A stretch of 64,000 nt of DNA, from the NCBI RefSeq assembly GCF_001447785.1, contig NW_015170275.1, forward strand, positions 115,511 to 179,510, given 5' to 3'. The translations under genes were made by a program, and so were the position numbers. The stretch comes from Gekko japonicus. Taxonomy: Eukaryota. The notes under the pieces are model-generated. The model saw only the letters and a program-made list of their open reading frames with translations, ran no database searches and was not told where the DNA came from. Shown piece by piece: positions 63,713 through 64,000 of this stretch. Positions within the stretch are counted from its first letter, which is position 1. Each line of letters starts with the position of its first letter.

Positions 63713-64000
63713 TCTGAAGACAAGCTCCTTAGGGGGTGGCATTTGTGCCTGGGTGGAAGACAGGAGGAAGTAAGGTTGATTTGGGGTAATTGGGCCCAGC
63801 ACTGGCTGTCAGCCAGTCAGCTCCCAAGCAGCTTCCATGAGAGGTCAGCCCTTCATGGAATGGGTGGGGCATGCAGACCTTCCAGCCCTAATACCAGCCC
63901 CCTGCCCTTGATTACCCCAACAGGCAGGTTGGGGAAGGTGTTGACAGCTGTCAACCACGCTCATTGTTCCCCAGCCTATGCTGCGCCAAGACCTGAGGAA

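Overview
Vertebrate genomic DNA from a squamate reptile, probably a gecko (Sauria and Squam3-like SINEs plus abundant hAT/Harbinger MITEs). The + strand carries the middle of the glycine receptor alpha-2 gene GLRA2: exon 2, mutually exclusive exons 3A/3B, and exons 4, 5 and 6. All have canonical AG/GT junctions, sizes of 134/68/68/224/83/138 nt and consistent phase. Exon 1 and the transmembrane exons lie outside the window. The introns contain CR1, L2, RTE and Penelope-like retroelement fragments, solo LTRs and many DNA-transposon MITEs with recognisable TSDs, plus two assembly gaps. The most unusual signal is on the minus strand between about 34 kb and 1.2 kb: an ordered chain of exon-like segments with acceptor/donor sites. 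Read through stops and frameshifts, they give repeated LRRNT/LRR/LRRCT motifs, then Ig-domain motifs, then low-complexity sequence. This looks like a decayed multi-exon LRR-Ig gene interleaved antisense with GLRA2 and straddling exons 3A/3B. It was hand-translated at motif level and needs confirmation. Also notable: an inverted Penelope-like insertion carrying two intact-looking minimal hammerhead ribozymes, and a 3A/3B intron whose geometry suggests steric mutual exclusion.
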